A stretch of 64,000 nucleotides of DNA from Anaerohalosphaeraceae bacterium (GCA_963675525.2 CAXXSL010000013.1:384001-448000), one strand, 5' to 3'; counted from the stretch's first letter, positions 47,905 through 58,543 are shown. Notes: generated from the letters alone by a model not told the origin. Program-made: numbers and translations.

Positions 47905-48261
47905 ATGAATAAGGTAAGTGATATTACAGATTTGCTCCAAGCAGGGATACAAGCTGAAAGCCTGCAACAGCAGGCTATCAGCAGTAATGTCGCCAATTTA
48001 AACACTCCCAGATACCGGACCGTCGAAGTCGTGTTTGAAGACGCTCTTGCTAAAGCTATGAATGCTGATGGAACAGTCCGTGCAGACCAATTTGAGCCGG
48101 AAATCGTCGAATCTCATTCAACGCCTGTTAAGGCTGACGGCAATGACGTCAATCTTGAAAATGAAATCGGCAAAATGATTGAAAACTCTCTGAAGCATTC
48201 AACTTATATCCGGCTTTTGCGACAGAAATACAATCAAGTTGATCTTGCAATCAAAATATAA
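47905..48261 (+). CDS. flgB: Basal-body rod protein
   Basis: SNVANLNTP.Y, DGNDVNLE.E. Confidence 0.92.
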   Translation: MNKVSDITDLLQAGIQAESLQQQAISSNVANLNTPRYRTVEVVFEDALAKAMNADGTVRADQFEPEIVESHSTPVKADGNDVNLENEIGKMIENSLKHSTYIRLLRQKYNQVDLAIKI

Positions 48262-48293
48262 CATAGGAATTCTCCCAAGTGGAGCGAGAAAAA

Positions 48294-48695
48294 ATGGAAG
48301 TAAACGGATTTGGTTCTATTGATATCGCAGTCAGCGGTCTCCGCGCCCAACTCAAGAACATGGAAGTCATTTCTTCCAATGTCGCCAACGCACGAACCAC
48401 GGATGCGGGCGAAGGTACACCCTATCGGCGACTGGAAACTGTTCTCAAAAGCGCACAAGACGGAATCAGTCCGGTGGAGATTGGCGACATTGTTAAGGAC
48501 CAAAGTGATTTTCAGGAATTGTATGATCCAAACAATCCGCTGGCAAACGAACAGGGTTATGTTCAAATGCCGAATATCAATCTGCCCATCGAAATGATGA
48601 ATTTGAATCTGGCATCGCGTTCTTACCAAGCAAACGCAGCGGTTTTGAAACGCTATCAAAAAATGGTTGAAACCACATTAGAGTTGTTAAAGTAA
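48294..48695 (+). CDS. flgC: Basal-body rod protein
   Basis: SGL.AQ, SNVANA.TT, YDP.NP.A...GYV.MPN, RSYQAN. Confidence 0.95.
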   Translation: MEVNGFGSIDIAVSGLRAQLKNMEVISSNVANARTTDAGEGTPYRRLETVLKSAQDGISPVEIGDIVKDQSDFQELYDPNNPLANEQGYVQMPNINLPIEMMNLNLASRSYQANAAVLKRYQKMVETTLELLK

Positions 48696-48712
48696 CCTGA
48701 AAGGGATCGTCA

Positions 48713-49024
48713 ATGATACAATTTAATCCCGCAATAAATAATATAAATGCCATTGCCCCCTCAACACAACAGCCCCTGAAAACAGGGGACTCCAAAGGAA
48801 ACTTTTCGGATGCTATCAAAGCCGCCGAGTCATGCATGGAAAAAGTCAACCAGCAACAAACGAACGTTGACACTTCGGTTCAGGATCTTTTGTCGGGCAA
48901 AACCAATGATATTACTTCCGTGGTTGCCGAAGCCGCCAAAGCTGATATGAGTTTTAAACTGTTGGTGGGTGTTCGCAACAAATTGATCGAAGCCTACAAA
49001 CAAACAATGAACATGCAGATTTGA
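48713..49024 (+). CDS. fliE: Hook-basal body protein
   Basis: VRNKLIEAYK..MNMQI. Confidence 0.93.
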   Translation: MIQFNPAINNINAIAPSTQQPLKTGDSKGNFSDAIKAAESCMEKVNQQQTNVDTSVQDLLSGKTNDITSVVAEAAKADMSFKLLVGVRNKLIEAYKQTMNMQI

Positions 49025-49055
49025 GACAGCAGACATCGAGATGGCTTAACATACT

Positions 49056-50570
49056 ATGGATCTAATTAATAAACTCAATTTAATCTGGCAAAAAATCGGT
49101 ATCATTCAGCGTGCGATGCTTGTAACGGTCCTGTTGACCTTCGTTGCGGCCGCAGTCTTTGTCGCTCATTGGTCCCAAAAACCCGACTTGACTTTACTGT
49201 ATTCGAATCTTAACCCGGAAGAAGCCGGTAAAATCACCGAAAAAATCGCCGAACAGGGAATCGCTTACGAATTAAAAGCCGGCGGCACAAGCGTCTATGC
49301 CCCGCGTAATAAAATCGCTGAGCTGCGGCTCATGATGGCCCGGGAAGGTCTTCCCGAAGGTTCGCAAAAGGGATATAAAATCTTTGACGATGAAAAGATC
49401 GGCATTAGTCCCCTGGTTCAGAATGTTAATCTGAAACGGGCGCTGCAGGACGAGTTAGCCAAAAGCATTCAAACCATCGATGGTGTTGAATATGCACGGG
49501 TTCACATCGTTGAAGCCCGGCAAACTTTTCTGAGACCAGACAGCTCAGAAACCACCGCTTCGGTCGTCATCAAACTGAAAGCAGGTTACATTTTATCTTC
49601 AGCCAATATCGCAGCTATCAGCCACCTTGTCGCCGGCGGCGTCTCGGGGCTCAAAAGCGAAAATGTCACCCTCGTGGATTCAAACGGACGGCTGCTGTCA
49701 TCCAATAGCGATAACTCTCTGGATACGGGAACCGGATCGATACACGATTATAAAGATCGCGTCGAACAAAGCCTTGCCAATAAGGCTGAGCAAATGCTCA
49801 TCAGTGTTCTGGGGCCTGGACGTGCTAGTGTCCGCGTCAGTGCTACCATCAACTTGACCTCTTCCAGCACTGTCACAGAGCGTTACGACCCCAGCGGCAA
49901 AGTTCCAATTAAAGAAGAGATTAAAACACTCACAGAAAAAGAAGGTGCCGGGGATCCTTCATCGGACGAACAGGCCGGAGGCGGCAATGAAAAGACCGAC
50001 AAAGTTATCCTTACCGAATTCCTTGTCGGAAAAACCATTGAGCAAAAATCCGAACTGGCGGGAAATATCGAATCACTGGCAGTTGCGGCTTTTGTCGACC
50101 TCTCATCGCCGGAACCGGCGGAGGGAGCAGAGTCAGCGGCGCCGGCCGGAGAGATGATGCAAATTGCTGATGTTGAAACAATTATTCGCAATGCCCTGGG
50201 GTTGAAGGAAAGCGATTCTTTAAAAGTCGTGAATACACGATTTAACCGCCCCGACGAAATTGTCGTCGACACAGCGGAACCTAAATGGCAACTTTATATG
50301 GACATCGCAAAACAAGGCTCACTGGGACTAATGGCCATTTGTTCCATCATCGTCCTGAAAATATTCACGCGGTCACCGAAACCCGGTTCGGACGCCGTCA
50401 ACTCACAACAGCTTTCAACGTCTGTCAATCAGACGAACTTGTTATCCGCCGGCACGGGACAAAGCGAACAGATGATGCTTCTGCGGCAGCAGATCACCAG
50501 CGCCATGCAGAGCAACCCGGAACGAGCCAAACAATTATTTAACAGCTGGATCAGCCAAAAAGGAGCTTAG
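49056..50570 (+). CDS. fliF: MS-ring protein
   Basis: LLYSNL, GY.IFD, RALQDEL..SI, ARVHI, ASV; two TMs. Confidence 0.93.
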   Translation: MDLINKLNLIWQKIGIIQRAMLVTVLLTFVAAAVFVAHWSQKPDLTLLYSNLNPEEAGKITEKIAEQGIAYELKAGGTSVYAPRNKIAELRLMMAREGLPEGSQKGYKIFDDEKIGISPLVQNVNLKRALQDELAKSIQTIDGVEYARVHIVEARQTFLRPDSSETTASVVIKLKAGYILSSANIAAISHLVAGGVSGLKSENVTLVDSNGRLLSSNSDNSLDTGTGSIHDYKDRVEQSLANKAEQMLISVLGPGRASVRVSATINLTSSSTVTERYDPSGKVPIKEEIKTLTEKEGAGDPSSDEQAGGGNEKTDKVILTEFLVGKTIEQKSELAGNIESLAVAAFVDLSSPEPAEGAESAAPAGEMMQIADVETIIRNALGLKESDSLKVVNTRFNRPDEIVVDTAEPKWQLYMDIAKQGSLGLMAICSIIVLKIFTRSPKPGSDAVNSQQLSTSVNQTNLLSAGTGQSEQMMLLRQQITSAMQSNPERAKQLFNSWISQKGA

Positions 50571-50573
50571 ATT

Positions 50574-51563
50574 ATGACAGCTTTGAACGGAAGACAAAAA
50601 GCTGCCCTGCTCCTGACAAGTCTCGATGTAGCCACCGCGGCTGAGCTGATCAATGGGATTGACCCGGCTACATTAGAGGAGCTTTCTGTAGAAGTGGCCT
50701 ACATGGAAGCGTGTGGTCGAGGCGGAATCGAAGAGAAATTTGTTCTGGCACAGGAATTTTGTTCATCTCTAAACAAAAGCAGCTATCAGCCAAATGGGTT
50801 TTTGAACGAAATGCTCAAAAGTTCGCTTGGCGAAGAAAAGGCCCTGCATGTCCAGCAACAGGTGGAACAGTTGCTGCAGAAAAAAGACCCCTTTATTCCG
50901 ATTCGGGGCAAGAACCCTAAGATCCTTGCCGGTGTTCTTGAAAACGAGCATCCTCAGGCAGGCGTTATTCTTATTTCCGAGCTTTCTGAAAAGCTCGGAT
51001 CGGAAGTCCTGAGTCTGCTGAGTGAGACAAAACGTGTGCAAATCGTGGGTCGATTGGCTTCCAATCAGGTTGCTTCTCCGCAAATTAAGCAGCGAGTCGC
51101 TGAAACTCTTCTTCGCCGCATAACAGCCGTAACTCCGGCCGAAAACTCTCCGGAAGAAGTGAACCCTATTCGCAAAACAGCCGTTATTCTTCGGAATCTC
51201 AGCAAAGAAGTTCGAGACGGTCTGATCTTATCGATCGCCAAAAACGACAAGGCGATCGCCGATATGATCCTTAAAAACATGATTATTTGGGAAGATATCA
51301 GCATCGTAACAGACCGATCCCTTCAGGAGGCTTTGCGAGAAGCAGACGCTCCTCTGATGGCACTGGCCCTGCATGAGGCCGATGAAGCCATCATTCAAAA
51401 AGTCAAAGAAAATGTTTCTGAACGGATACGTGAAATGATCGACGAAGAGAGTGAACTGATGCCGAATCCGAAAAAAGAAGATATCGAAACAGCCCGTAAT
51501 ACAATCATCACTGCCCTGGAGAGTTTAAATAGTAAGGGTGAACTATCCTTTATTGATTCATAA
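50574..51563 (+). CDS. fliG: Rotor protein
   Basis: GRQKAALLL, EHPQ, N.SER..EMI.EE. Confidence 0.9.
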   Translation: MTALNGRQKAALLLTSLDVATAAELINGIDPATLEELSVEVAYMEACGRGGIEEKFVLAQEFCSSLNKSSYQPNGFLNEMLKSSLGEEKALHVQQQVEQLLQKKDPFIPIRGKNPKILAGVLENEHPQAGVILISELSEKLGSEVLSLLSETKRVQIVGRLASNQVASPQIKQRVAETLLRRITAVTPAENSPEEVNPIRKTAVILRNLSKEVRDGLILSIAKNDKAIADMILKNMIIWEDISIVTDRSLQEALREADAPLMALALHEADEAIIQKVKENVSERIREMIDEESELMPNPKKEDIETARNTIITALESLNSKGELSFIDS

Positions 51564-51567
51564 AAAT

Positions 51568-52122
51568 ATGATTTGTGTGCAATTGACAAAACCCATTAAG
51601 CATATCCAACTCATTGATGAACCCCTCGAGTGGGTCCTGGAGCAAACACTGGTACAGGCAGACCAGGCGGCAGCAGAAAGCCAAGAGGTGTTGACTCAGC
51701 AACAAAAACATCTTGAGCAATTATGCCAAACATTAGAAGCCGTAACCGAAAAACTGAATTCAAGCTGGGAAACGGAAGTTCGCAGCCACAAAGAACAAAT
51801 TGCTCGTCTCAGCGTCGAAATCGCTCGAAAGATCCTGGCCAAACAGGTCAACGAAGGAGATTATCAAATTGAGAATATCATTCAGCAAGCACTGAATGAC
51901 GTCCCTTCGGGTGAAGATATCCAGGTTCATCTGAGTCCCGCTGACTTTGAAATATGCAAACGGTTTTTTGAAGAAAATCCGGGTCATCTTCCGTCGAACT
52001 GCCAGTTTGCAGTTGACCCGAAAATTCAACAAGCAGAATGTCGAATCACATGCTCAAAAGGTATTGTAAACTCTATTATTCATGAACAGCTTGAACATAT
52101 AGCAGAATTATTAACTAAATAA
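51568..52122 (+). CDS. fliH: FliH-like export protein (short)
   Basis: Between fliG and fliI; IARKIL, VHLSP.D, DP.I...CRI. Confidence 0.8.
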   Translation: MICVQLTKPIKHIQLIDEPLEWVLEQTLVQADQAAAESQEVLTQQQKHLEQLCQTLEAVTEKLNSSWETEVRSHKEQIARLSVEIARKILAKQVNEGDYQIENIIQQALNDVPSGEDIQVHLSPADFEICKRFFEENPGHLPSNCQFAVDPKIQQAECRITCSKGIVNSIIHEQLEHIAELLTK

Positions 52123-52135
52123 AAATGACGAACTC

Positions 52136-53506
52136 ATGTTAACACAAACGAAAAAATCGGCGATTAATTTCGACAAATTTCATTCCTTGCTGAACGATGC
52201 AAAACTACTGCATTGCCAGGGTTCCGTGGTTCGTCTGTCGGGATTGACCATTGAATCGAACGGTCCTTTGCTGGGACTGGGCGAAGTTTGCTGTATCCAC
52301 TTGCGGAACGGACAAACCGTCATGGCGGAAGTGGTCGGATTTCAAAACAAAAATCTGCTCCTGCTGCCGTTAGAATACATTAACGGTATATCGCCGGGAG
52401 ATGCCGTGACGCCCAAACAGTCTCCTCGATACATCTGCCTCGGTGACGAAATTCTCGGGAGAATTCTCAATGGACTCGGCGAACCGATCGATAATAAAGG
52501 CCCCCTAACCGGTACGGTCAAACGTCGACTCGACTCGCCATCGATACACCCGCTGGAACGAGCAAAAATATCGCAGCGGCTTTCCTTAGGCATTCGTTCG
52601 ATCGATGGACTGATGACCTGTGCCAAAGGACAGCGTCTGGGAATCTTCGCCGGCAGCGGGATCGGCAAAAGTGTACTGCTAGGCGATCTGGCCAACTCCA
52701 GTGAAGCGGACGTTAACGTCGTCGCACTGATCGGAGAACGCGGACGTGAGGTGAGAGAATTCATTGAGGAGAATCTTGGAACCGAGGGACTAGCCCGCAG
52801 TGTAGTCGTTGTTGCCACTTCGGATTCTCCTGCCATCCAGCGTATCAAAGCAGCGTTGGTTGCGGCCACAATTGCAGAATATTTTCGGGACATCGGACGC
52901 GATGTACTCTTTATGATGGACTCGTTAACCCGGTTCGCCCAGGCTCAGCGTGAGATCGGCCTGGCTGCCGGTGAACCGCCGGCCTCCAAAGGTTATTGCC
53001 CGAGTGTGTTTGCCATAATGCCCCGACTGATCGAACGGCTCGGTTGCAGTGACCAGGGAAGCATCACCGGACTGTTAACCGTGTTGGCTGAAGGCGATGA
53101 TCTGAATGATCCGGTGGCCGACAGTGCACGAAGTCTGCTAGACGGACACATTGTTTTGTCCAGAAAACTGGCCGACAGAGGGCATTATCCGGCCATCGAT
53201 ATTCTTCAAAGCATCAGCCGACTGATGCCTTCGGTTATTTCCAAAGAACACTTGACGGCAGCCCAAAAACTTAAGGAAATCTATGCCACATTCATGGATG
53301 CGGAAGATCTGATTAACATCGGCGCATTCTCGCCCGGAAGTAACCGTAAGATCGATAGTGCAATCACTTTAATAGATCGGATCCGGCAATTCCTAATCCA
53401 GCCCATTCGACAGAAGACTCTCTTCGACCAGACATTGAAGCAATTAATGGATATTATTCAGTCATGGGACACCAGTTTGTCGCAGGCAGGCAGGAATAAG
53501 AAATGA
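52136..53506 (+). CDS. fliI: Export ATPase
   Basis: FAGSGIGKS, IGERGRE, DSLTRFA, LDGHIVL. Confidence 0.96.
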   Translation: MLTQTKKSAINFDKFHSLLNDAKLLHCQGSVVRLSGLTIESNGPLLGLGEVCCIHLRNGQTVMAEVVGFQNKNLLLLPLEYINGISPGDAVTPKQSPRYICLGDEILGRILNGLGEPIDNKGPLTGTVKRRLDSPSIHPLERAKISQRLSLGIRSIDGLMTCAKGQRLGIFAGSGIGKSVLLGDLANSSEADVNVVALIGERGREVREFIEENLGTEGLARSVVVVATSDSPAIQRIKAALVAATIAEYFRDIGRDVLFMMDSLTRFAQAQREIGLAAGEPPASKGYCPSVFAIMPRLIERLGCSDQGSITGLLTVLAEGDDLNDPVADSARSLLDGHIVLSRKLADRGHYPAIDILQSISRLMPSVISKEHLTAAQKLKEIYATFMDAEDLINIGAFSPGSNRKIDSAITLIDRIRQFLIQPIRQKTLFDQTLKQLMDIIQSWDTSLSQAGRNKK

Positions 53507-53979
53507 CACTTTTTCGCTGGCGATTAGATCGTGTTCTTGAAATAAAAATGAAAGAAGAAAAAGCCAAGCAGGCAGAACTGGCAGATATTATGTATCAATT
53601 GGCTCAAACACGTGTGCAATTGCTTCAGAAACAGCGAGTCCTTGCGGGGTTGCTGAATGAAATAAAAGCAAAACGCCCCAAAGACAAGCTCCGTTCTCAA
53701 CAGATATTTCTGGAGAGTTCAGAAGCTAACGATAACATGATTCGGCATATTCAAAAAAAGGTCAGTCAGTTCGAACAAGAGGAAGCCCGGCGGACCACAG
53801 AACTCATGGAAATCAAGGCGTCTATCAAAAAGCTCCAGAAGATTCGTCAAAAAGCCTATGACGTCTTCATCGCCGAACAGAACCGGCGCCAACAAAATGA
53901 GTTGGATGAAAATTTCGGACTTCGAATTATAAGAGGCCGTTCACAAAAGCTTATATCTGTCGTGAAAGGAGAACTATAA
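53503..53979 (+). CDS. fliJ: FliJ-like protein
   Basis: FRWRL.RVL N-terminus, coiled coil, Q..LDE; follows fliI. Confidence 0.8.
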   Translation: MTLFRWRLDRVLEIKMKEEKAKQAELADIMYQLAQTRVQLLQKQRVLAGLLNEIKAKRPKDKLRSQQIFLESSEANDNMIRHIQKKVSQFEQEEARRTTELMEIKASIKKLQKIRQKAYDVFIAEQNRRQQNELDENFGLRIIRGRSQKLISVVKGEL

Positions 53980-53980
53980 C

Positions 53981-54673
53981 GTGAAAAAAAGATTATTAAT
54001 CATTGTTATTGTCGGCATTACCTGCTTTGCCGGCACATTCATAGCTGCACGGTTAACCCCAAAATCAGCGAGTGCAAACACCGCAGACTCCGAACAAAAT
54101 AGCACCGGGTTAATCCCAAATACGAGTATTCAGTTTGATTCCTCCCAGTCAATGGCTTCGCCAAAGCTCAGTATGGCCGAGAGCGAACTTCGAAGTCTGA
54201 TTTTTGACTTGCGCGAAAAAAGCAACGACTATGACCGAAAATTTGAAGAACTCGAAACAGATGCATTACAGACACAAACTCTGCGAGAACAGCTTTCCGA
54301 GGACATTGAGAAACTGCTTGAACTGCAAATTGAGCTGGCCGAAACGATCACATCCATCAAAACCGAGCAGAAACGATTGGAAGAAACCCGTATCCGAATC
54401 GGAGAGGAAGAGAAGCGAAATCTTGTGTCAATCGCAGCAACCTATGACAAAATGGAAGCGGCTGCCGCCAGTAAGATTCTGATTAATATGACACAGACCT
54501 CAAGCAGTGCGCCAGCCGCCATCGAAAGCATCGAAAACGCTATCAAGATCCTCTATTTCATGGGTGACCGAACGAAAGGCGAATTGCTGGCTGAAATGGC
54601 CAAAACCCAACCGCAGTTGGCGGCATTATTCACAAATAAACTAAAAGAAATATCAAATTCAACCGAAGGGTAA
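53981..54673 (+). CDS. MotE/FlbB-like membrane coiled-coil protein
   Basis: N-terminal TM, coiled coil, Y.KM....A.KIL and LLAEM repeats; follows fliJ. Confidence 0.65.
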   Translation: MKKRLLIIVIVGITCFAGTFIAARLTPKSASANTADSEQNSTGLIPNTSIQFDSSQSMASPKLSMAESELRSLIFDLREKSNDYDRKFEELETDALQTQTLREQLSEDIEKLLELQIELAETITSIKTEQKRLEETRIRIGEEEKRNLVSIAATYDKMEAAAASKILINMTQTSSSAPAAIESIENAIKILYFMGDRTKGELLAEMAKTQPQLAALFTNKLKEISNSTEG

Positions 54674-54680
54674 ATTTTTC

Positions 54681-55454
54681 ATGGATATCACAACCATCGC
54701 GGGTATTCTTTTGGGGACGATGCTAATCGTCGGAGCCATTGCCACCGGTGCCGGCGGACTCAAAGTATTCATCAATCTTCCCTCACTGGCGATCACCATC
54801 GGGGGAATGATGTGTGCCACATTGATCCATTTTTCCCTAACACAGGTGCTTAGTATTTTTTCTATCTCCAAAAAAACATTGTTTACCAAGTTGCCCGAAG
54901 CCCAGGAACTGGTCCAGCAGCTTGTTGACTTCGCGACGATTAACCGGCGGGATGGTTCATTGGCCCTTGAACAGCAAATCGGCTCAGTTCACGATACGTT
55001 TCTGGCCGGTGGACTTCAGATGCTCATAGACGGTACGAAGCCTAACATCATCCGCGAGATCATGACGCTGGAAATACAGTATCTTCAGGAACGTCATGCC
55101 ATCGGCAAGAAAATCCTTGAATTTATGGGGGCAGCCGCTCCGGCGTTTGGTATGGTCGGAACGCTGATTGGGCTGGTACAGATGTTGTGCAATATGGAAG
55201 ACCCCAGCAGCATCGGGCAGGGAATGGCAACTGCCCTGCTGACAACCTTCTATGGGGCTTTTGCGGCCAATCTGCTGTTTATCCCGCTGGCGGGAAAACT
55301 GGGGATTTATTCGCAGGCAGAAGTGATTTCCAAAGAAATGATGATTGAGGGGATTTCAGCGATTGCAAACGGGGAAAGCCCCACCGCCGTCCGGGTCAAA
55401 ATGCATGCATTTGTCTCTCATAAACATCGCCAGAAAATCAAAACGAAAACATAA
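54681..55454 (+). CDS. motA: Stator A subunit
   Basis: MDITT, RRDG.LALE, APAFGMVGTLIGL, ALLTTFYG. Confidence 0.95.
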   Translation: MDITTIAGILLGTMLIVGAIATGAGGLKVFINLPSLAITIGGMMCATLIHFSLTQVLSIFSISKKTLFTKLPEAQELVQQLVDFATINRRDGSLALEQQIGSVHDTFLAGGLQMLIDGTKPNIIREIMTLEIQYLQERHAIGKKILEFMGAAAPAFGMVGTLIGLVQMLCNMEDPSSIGQGMATALLTTFYGAFAANLLFIPLAGKLGIYSQAEVISKEMMIEGISAIANGESPTAVRVKMHAFVSHKHRQKIKTKT

Positions 55455-56107
55455 TGGCCCCTAAAAAAAATGATGTTCAGGAAGAAGCTGCCGGCGCACC
55501 GGAATGGATGGTTACATTCAGTGACTGTATGACACTGCTGTTAACCTTTTTTGTGTTGCTGCTGAGCTTTTCATCGTTTGATAACAAGGATATTCACACC
55601 AGGCGAGATGCGTTTTCGGAAGCTTTTTCATCGGTGGATACCAGACCCAAAAAAATGGATGAGGCTTTCACAAACCGAGACGTCGTCTACCATCTCCGGC
55701 TCAAAACCGAGGGGGCGGAAAAACCTTCTTCCAACCCGAAAAATGACCAAAGCACCGAGGAATTGGATCCAATCGATTTTAAGGATAACAAAGTGTTTGT
55801 TTTCGATTCCGATTCCTTTTTCTATGGCGAGGGAGTGGTTCTTTCGAAAAACGGAAAAGCCCGCCTCAGGGATATTTTTGCAACCATGGGTATTGTTTCC
55901 AACCGTATCCTCATTTGTGAATATAGCTTTCGGCAGGATTCGCTGGGACCCGAGAGATCTTCGGCAATATATGACTATCTAACTCACTGTGGTATTGAGA
56001 AAAAAAGACTATGTATTTCCGTTTCCGGACTTTATCCGAAACAAAACCTTGTCAATAACGGCCGGATTGTCGAAATCGCGTTTTTAAATCAGGAAATCTT
56101 CAATTGA
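55454..56107 (+). CDS. motB: Stator B subunit 1, degenerate OmpA-like domain
   Basis: WMVTFSDCMTLLLTFFVLL. Confidence 0.85.
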   Translation: MAPKKNDVQEEAAGAPEWMVTFSDCMTLLLTFFVLLLSFSSFDNKDIHTRRDAFSEAFSSVDTRPKKMDEAFTNRDVVYHLRLKTEGAEKPSSNPKNDQSTEELDPIDFKDNKVFVFDSDSFFYGEGVVLSKNGKARLRDIFATMGIVSNRILICEYSFRQDSLGPERSSAIYDYLTHCGIEKKRLCISVSGLYPKQNLVNNGRIVEIAFLNQEIFN

Positions 56108-56805
56108 GCAACTCATCAAGAAAATCTCAGGAGGGAGGCGCAAAGGTACCGGCCTATATCGTTACGTTTTCGGACATGGTTACCCTTCTTTTGACTTTTT
56201 TTGTGATGCTTTTAAGCCTGGCAAAAGTTCAGGATCCGGAATTGTTTAACCAAAGCCGTGATTCGTTTATTGAATCCATTGAAAAACTGGGCTTGGGAAC
56301 CCTTTTCGGACCGCATCCGAGCAGTCAATTTGAAAACGAAAAACAAAAATTCCAAACCGACTCTGAAGGAACCCCGCCGGGCAGAATGATCGACCCGGAA
56401 CAGGAACGCCTGCGTCAATCCATCAAAAATATGTCAGAACTCGTGAGAGATTCTCAGAATAACTCTGTTTACAGAAAGAATATTCTATCGACAGGGATTC
56501 TGTTTGATACAGGCAACTACCAACTGAATAACGCTAATAAGGCCTCTCTTGATGCCATCTCACAAAATCTCAGAAAATCAACCGGCCAAGTTTCTTTGTA
56601 TCTCATCGGTCTGCCGGATGACAACCAGACTGATATCGTCCTCGGTTCGCAACGAGCACAGGAGGCATCGCTGTATCTTAAGGATTCCCTTAATAGCCCG
56701 ACAATCAACATTGTGGCTATGGGGGTGGAGAATTCTTGGCTTACAACCATCAAAAATTCAAAGGGTTCGCATCTTTGGATTCTCATTTCCAACAGCGGCC
56801 CCTAA
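56104..56805 (+). CDS. motB: Stator B subunit 2, divergent OmpA-like domain
   Basis: YIVTFSDMVTLLLTFFVML; ILFDTG...L; S.QRA. Confidence 0.85.
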   Translation: MSNSSRKSQEGGAKVPAYIVTFSDMVTLLLTFFVMLLSLAKVQDPELFNQSRDSFIESIEKLGLGTLFGPHPSSQFENEKQKFQTDSEGTPPGRMIDPEQERLRQSIKNMSELVRDSQNNSVYRKNILSTGILFDTGNYQLNNANKASLDAISQNLRKSTGQVSLYLIGLPDDNQTDIVLGSQRAQEASLYLKDSLNSPTINIVAMGVENSWLTTIKNSKGSHLWILISNSGP

Positions 56806-56965
56806 GAATAAAACCGCTTAAAAACTGGAGGATTTGGGCCTGCATTTGACATATTTTAGTTTTATTGTGTAGTGTGTACAATAATTCAACATTCAAAAAA
56901 CACGGTGTTATCGAAAAATGCTCTTCTCATTGTGTTTTTTGTCTTTTAATGAAATTATTCGTTAC

Positions 56966-56980
56966 AGGCACAATATTTGC
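56966..56980 (+). promoter_or_regulatory. Internal sigma54 promoter of fliO to flhA-like
   Basis: AGG-CACAATATTT-GC in an AT-rich gap of about 220 nt. Confidence 0.7.
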
Positions 56981-57023
56981 TTTTCTTTTATGTAAAAGCA
57001 ATCTATTCGGACATTGTGCGTTA

Positions 57024-57476
57024 ATGAATCAAGACAAGACTCAAAAGACACTATTATGGATATCGCTTCTGGCATTCCTAAGTCTGCCACTATTGGCAGG
57101 TCAGGTTGCTGGTGATACCGAAACCAATGATAACTACCTGCCGAAGAAAGATTCAATCTTAAGTAAACCGGATAATATCGGCAATAATTCCAATATCCTG
57201 ATTAAAACCACAAAAGCTGTTCTTTATGTCATAATCCTCGGTGCTTCTGCCCTTTACCTCACAAAAAAACTAGGACCTAAGCTTACTCAAACATCAAATC
57301 GGCGCATTCGAATCATTGAACAGACCTCAATTGGTGTCAGAAAAAGTCTGCATTTAGTCCAAATTGGTGACCAGACAGTCCTGCTTGGCAGTACACCCGA
57401 TCGAATCATCAAACTGTGCGACATCGCACAAACAAACGCATCAAACTGCGAAGAGGGCACAGGCTCAAAATTATGA
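57024..57476 (+). CDS. fliO: FliO
   Basis: TM then IRIIE...IG.RKSL.LV.IG....LLG.T; ATGA overlap with fliP; start moved downstream of the sigma54 site. Confidence 0.8.
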   Translation: MNQDKTQKTLLWISLLAFLSLPLLAGQVAGDTETNDNYLPKKDSILSKPDNIGNNSNILIKTTKAVLYVIILGASALYLTKKLGPKLTQTSNRRIRIIEQTSIGVRKSLHLVQIGDQTVLLGSTPDRIIKLCDIAQTNASNCEEGTGSKL

Positions 57477-58258
57477 AGGGAAAACTGATTCTAATTCTGT
57501 TGGCGGTGCTTCTTTTGGGAGCCGTCTCTTTGGCGGAAAGCGAGTCGGCTCCGTCGAATAATACAATCCCATCGATTGGGGATCTGCTGAAAGTGGCTGA
57601 CAAAGCCACCACAAATGCGGAAGAAGGAAAAGACTGGTCCGCACCAATCAAACTCGTCATCGTCTTCACCGGGCTGGCACTTCTTCCGAGTCTGCTGGTA
57701 ATCACAACCTCCTTTACACGAATTGTTATTGTCATGAGTTTTGCCCGGCGAGCATTGGGAACCCAGAATATCCCCCCCACCATGGCCATTATTGGTTTGT
57801 CGCTGTTTTTAACATTGTTTACGATGGCGCCGACTTTTTCAAAAATTAATACAACAGCTGTCCAGCCCTATCTGCAGGAAACGCTGGCGTTTGAGGAAGC
57901 GTGGACCACCTCTTCGCAGGCACTGAAGGAATTTATGCTGTCCCAATGCCGAGAAAGCGCTCTCGGGCTGTTCCTGGAAATGGCCGATGTTCGCATGCCG
58001 GAAAATCCGTTTGATCTGGGTATGCATATTGTCATCCCGGCGTTTGTCATCAGCGAATTCCAAACCGCCTTTGAAATCGGGTGCCTGCTGTATATTCCGT
58101 TTCTTCTCATTGACCTGGTTATCGCCAATATCCTGCTCAGTGCCGGAATGATGATGATGCCGCCATCGATGATTTCAATGCCTTTTAAGCTGATTCTGTT
58201 CATTCTGGTGGATGGCTGGAGCATGTTGGCTAAAAATCTCTGTTTGGGATTTCAATAA
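57473..58258 (+). CDS. fliP: Export gate FliP
   Basis: TSFTRI, ALGTQ..PP, PAFVISE, GMMMMPP, PFKL.LF.LVDGW. Confidence 0.95.
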   Translation: MKGKLILILLAVLLLGAVSLAESESAPSNNTIPSIGDLLKVADKATTNAEEGKDWSAPIKLVIVFTGLALLPSLLVITTSFTRIVIVMSFARRALGTQNIPPTMAIIGLSLFLTLFTMAPTFSKINTTAVQPYLQETLAFEEAWTTSSQALKEFMLSQCRESALGLFLEMADVRMPENPFDLGMHIVIPAFVISEFQTAFEIGCLLYIPFLLIDLVIANILLSAGMMMMPPSMISMPFKLILFILVDGWSMLAKNLCLGFQ

Positions 58259-58273
58259 TTTCGAGAGTCTTTT

Positions 58274-58543
58274 ATGGATAGCAGTTTTGTTTTGTATCTC
58301 GGTCGTCAAACACTGGAAACTTGCTTGTTGCTGTGCGCTCCGATCCTGGTTACATGTATTGTGGTCGGTATTCTCATTACACTGTTTCAGGCAGTAACCT
58401 CGATGAGGGACACAACGCTGTCAATCGTACCCAAGCTGCTGGCTGTAGGTATCGTCGCAATAATTTTCAGCGGCTGGATGCTGGAAGTCATCATTAAATT
58501 CACCGTTAATATCTTTTCTTATATTCAGACCATCGGACAGTGA
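58274..58543 (+). CDS. fliQ: Export gate FliQ
   Basis: FQAVT...D.TLS.VPKL. Confidence 0.93.
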   Translation: MDSSFVLYLGRQTLETCLLLCAPILVTCIVVGILITLFQAVTSMRDTTLSIVPKLLAVGIVAIIFSGWMLEVIIKFTVNIFSYIQTIGQ

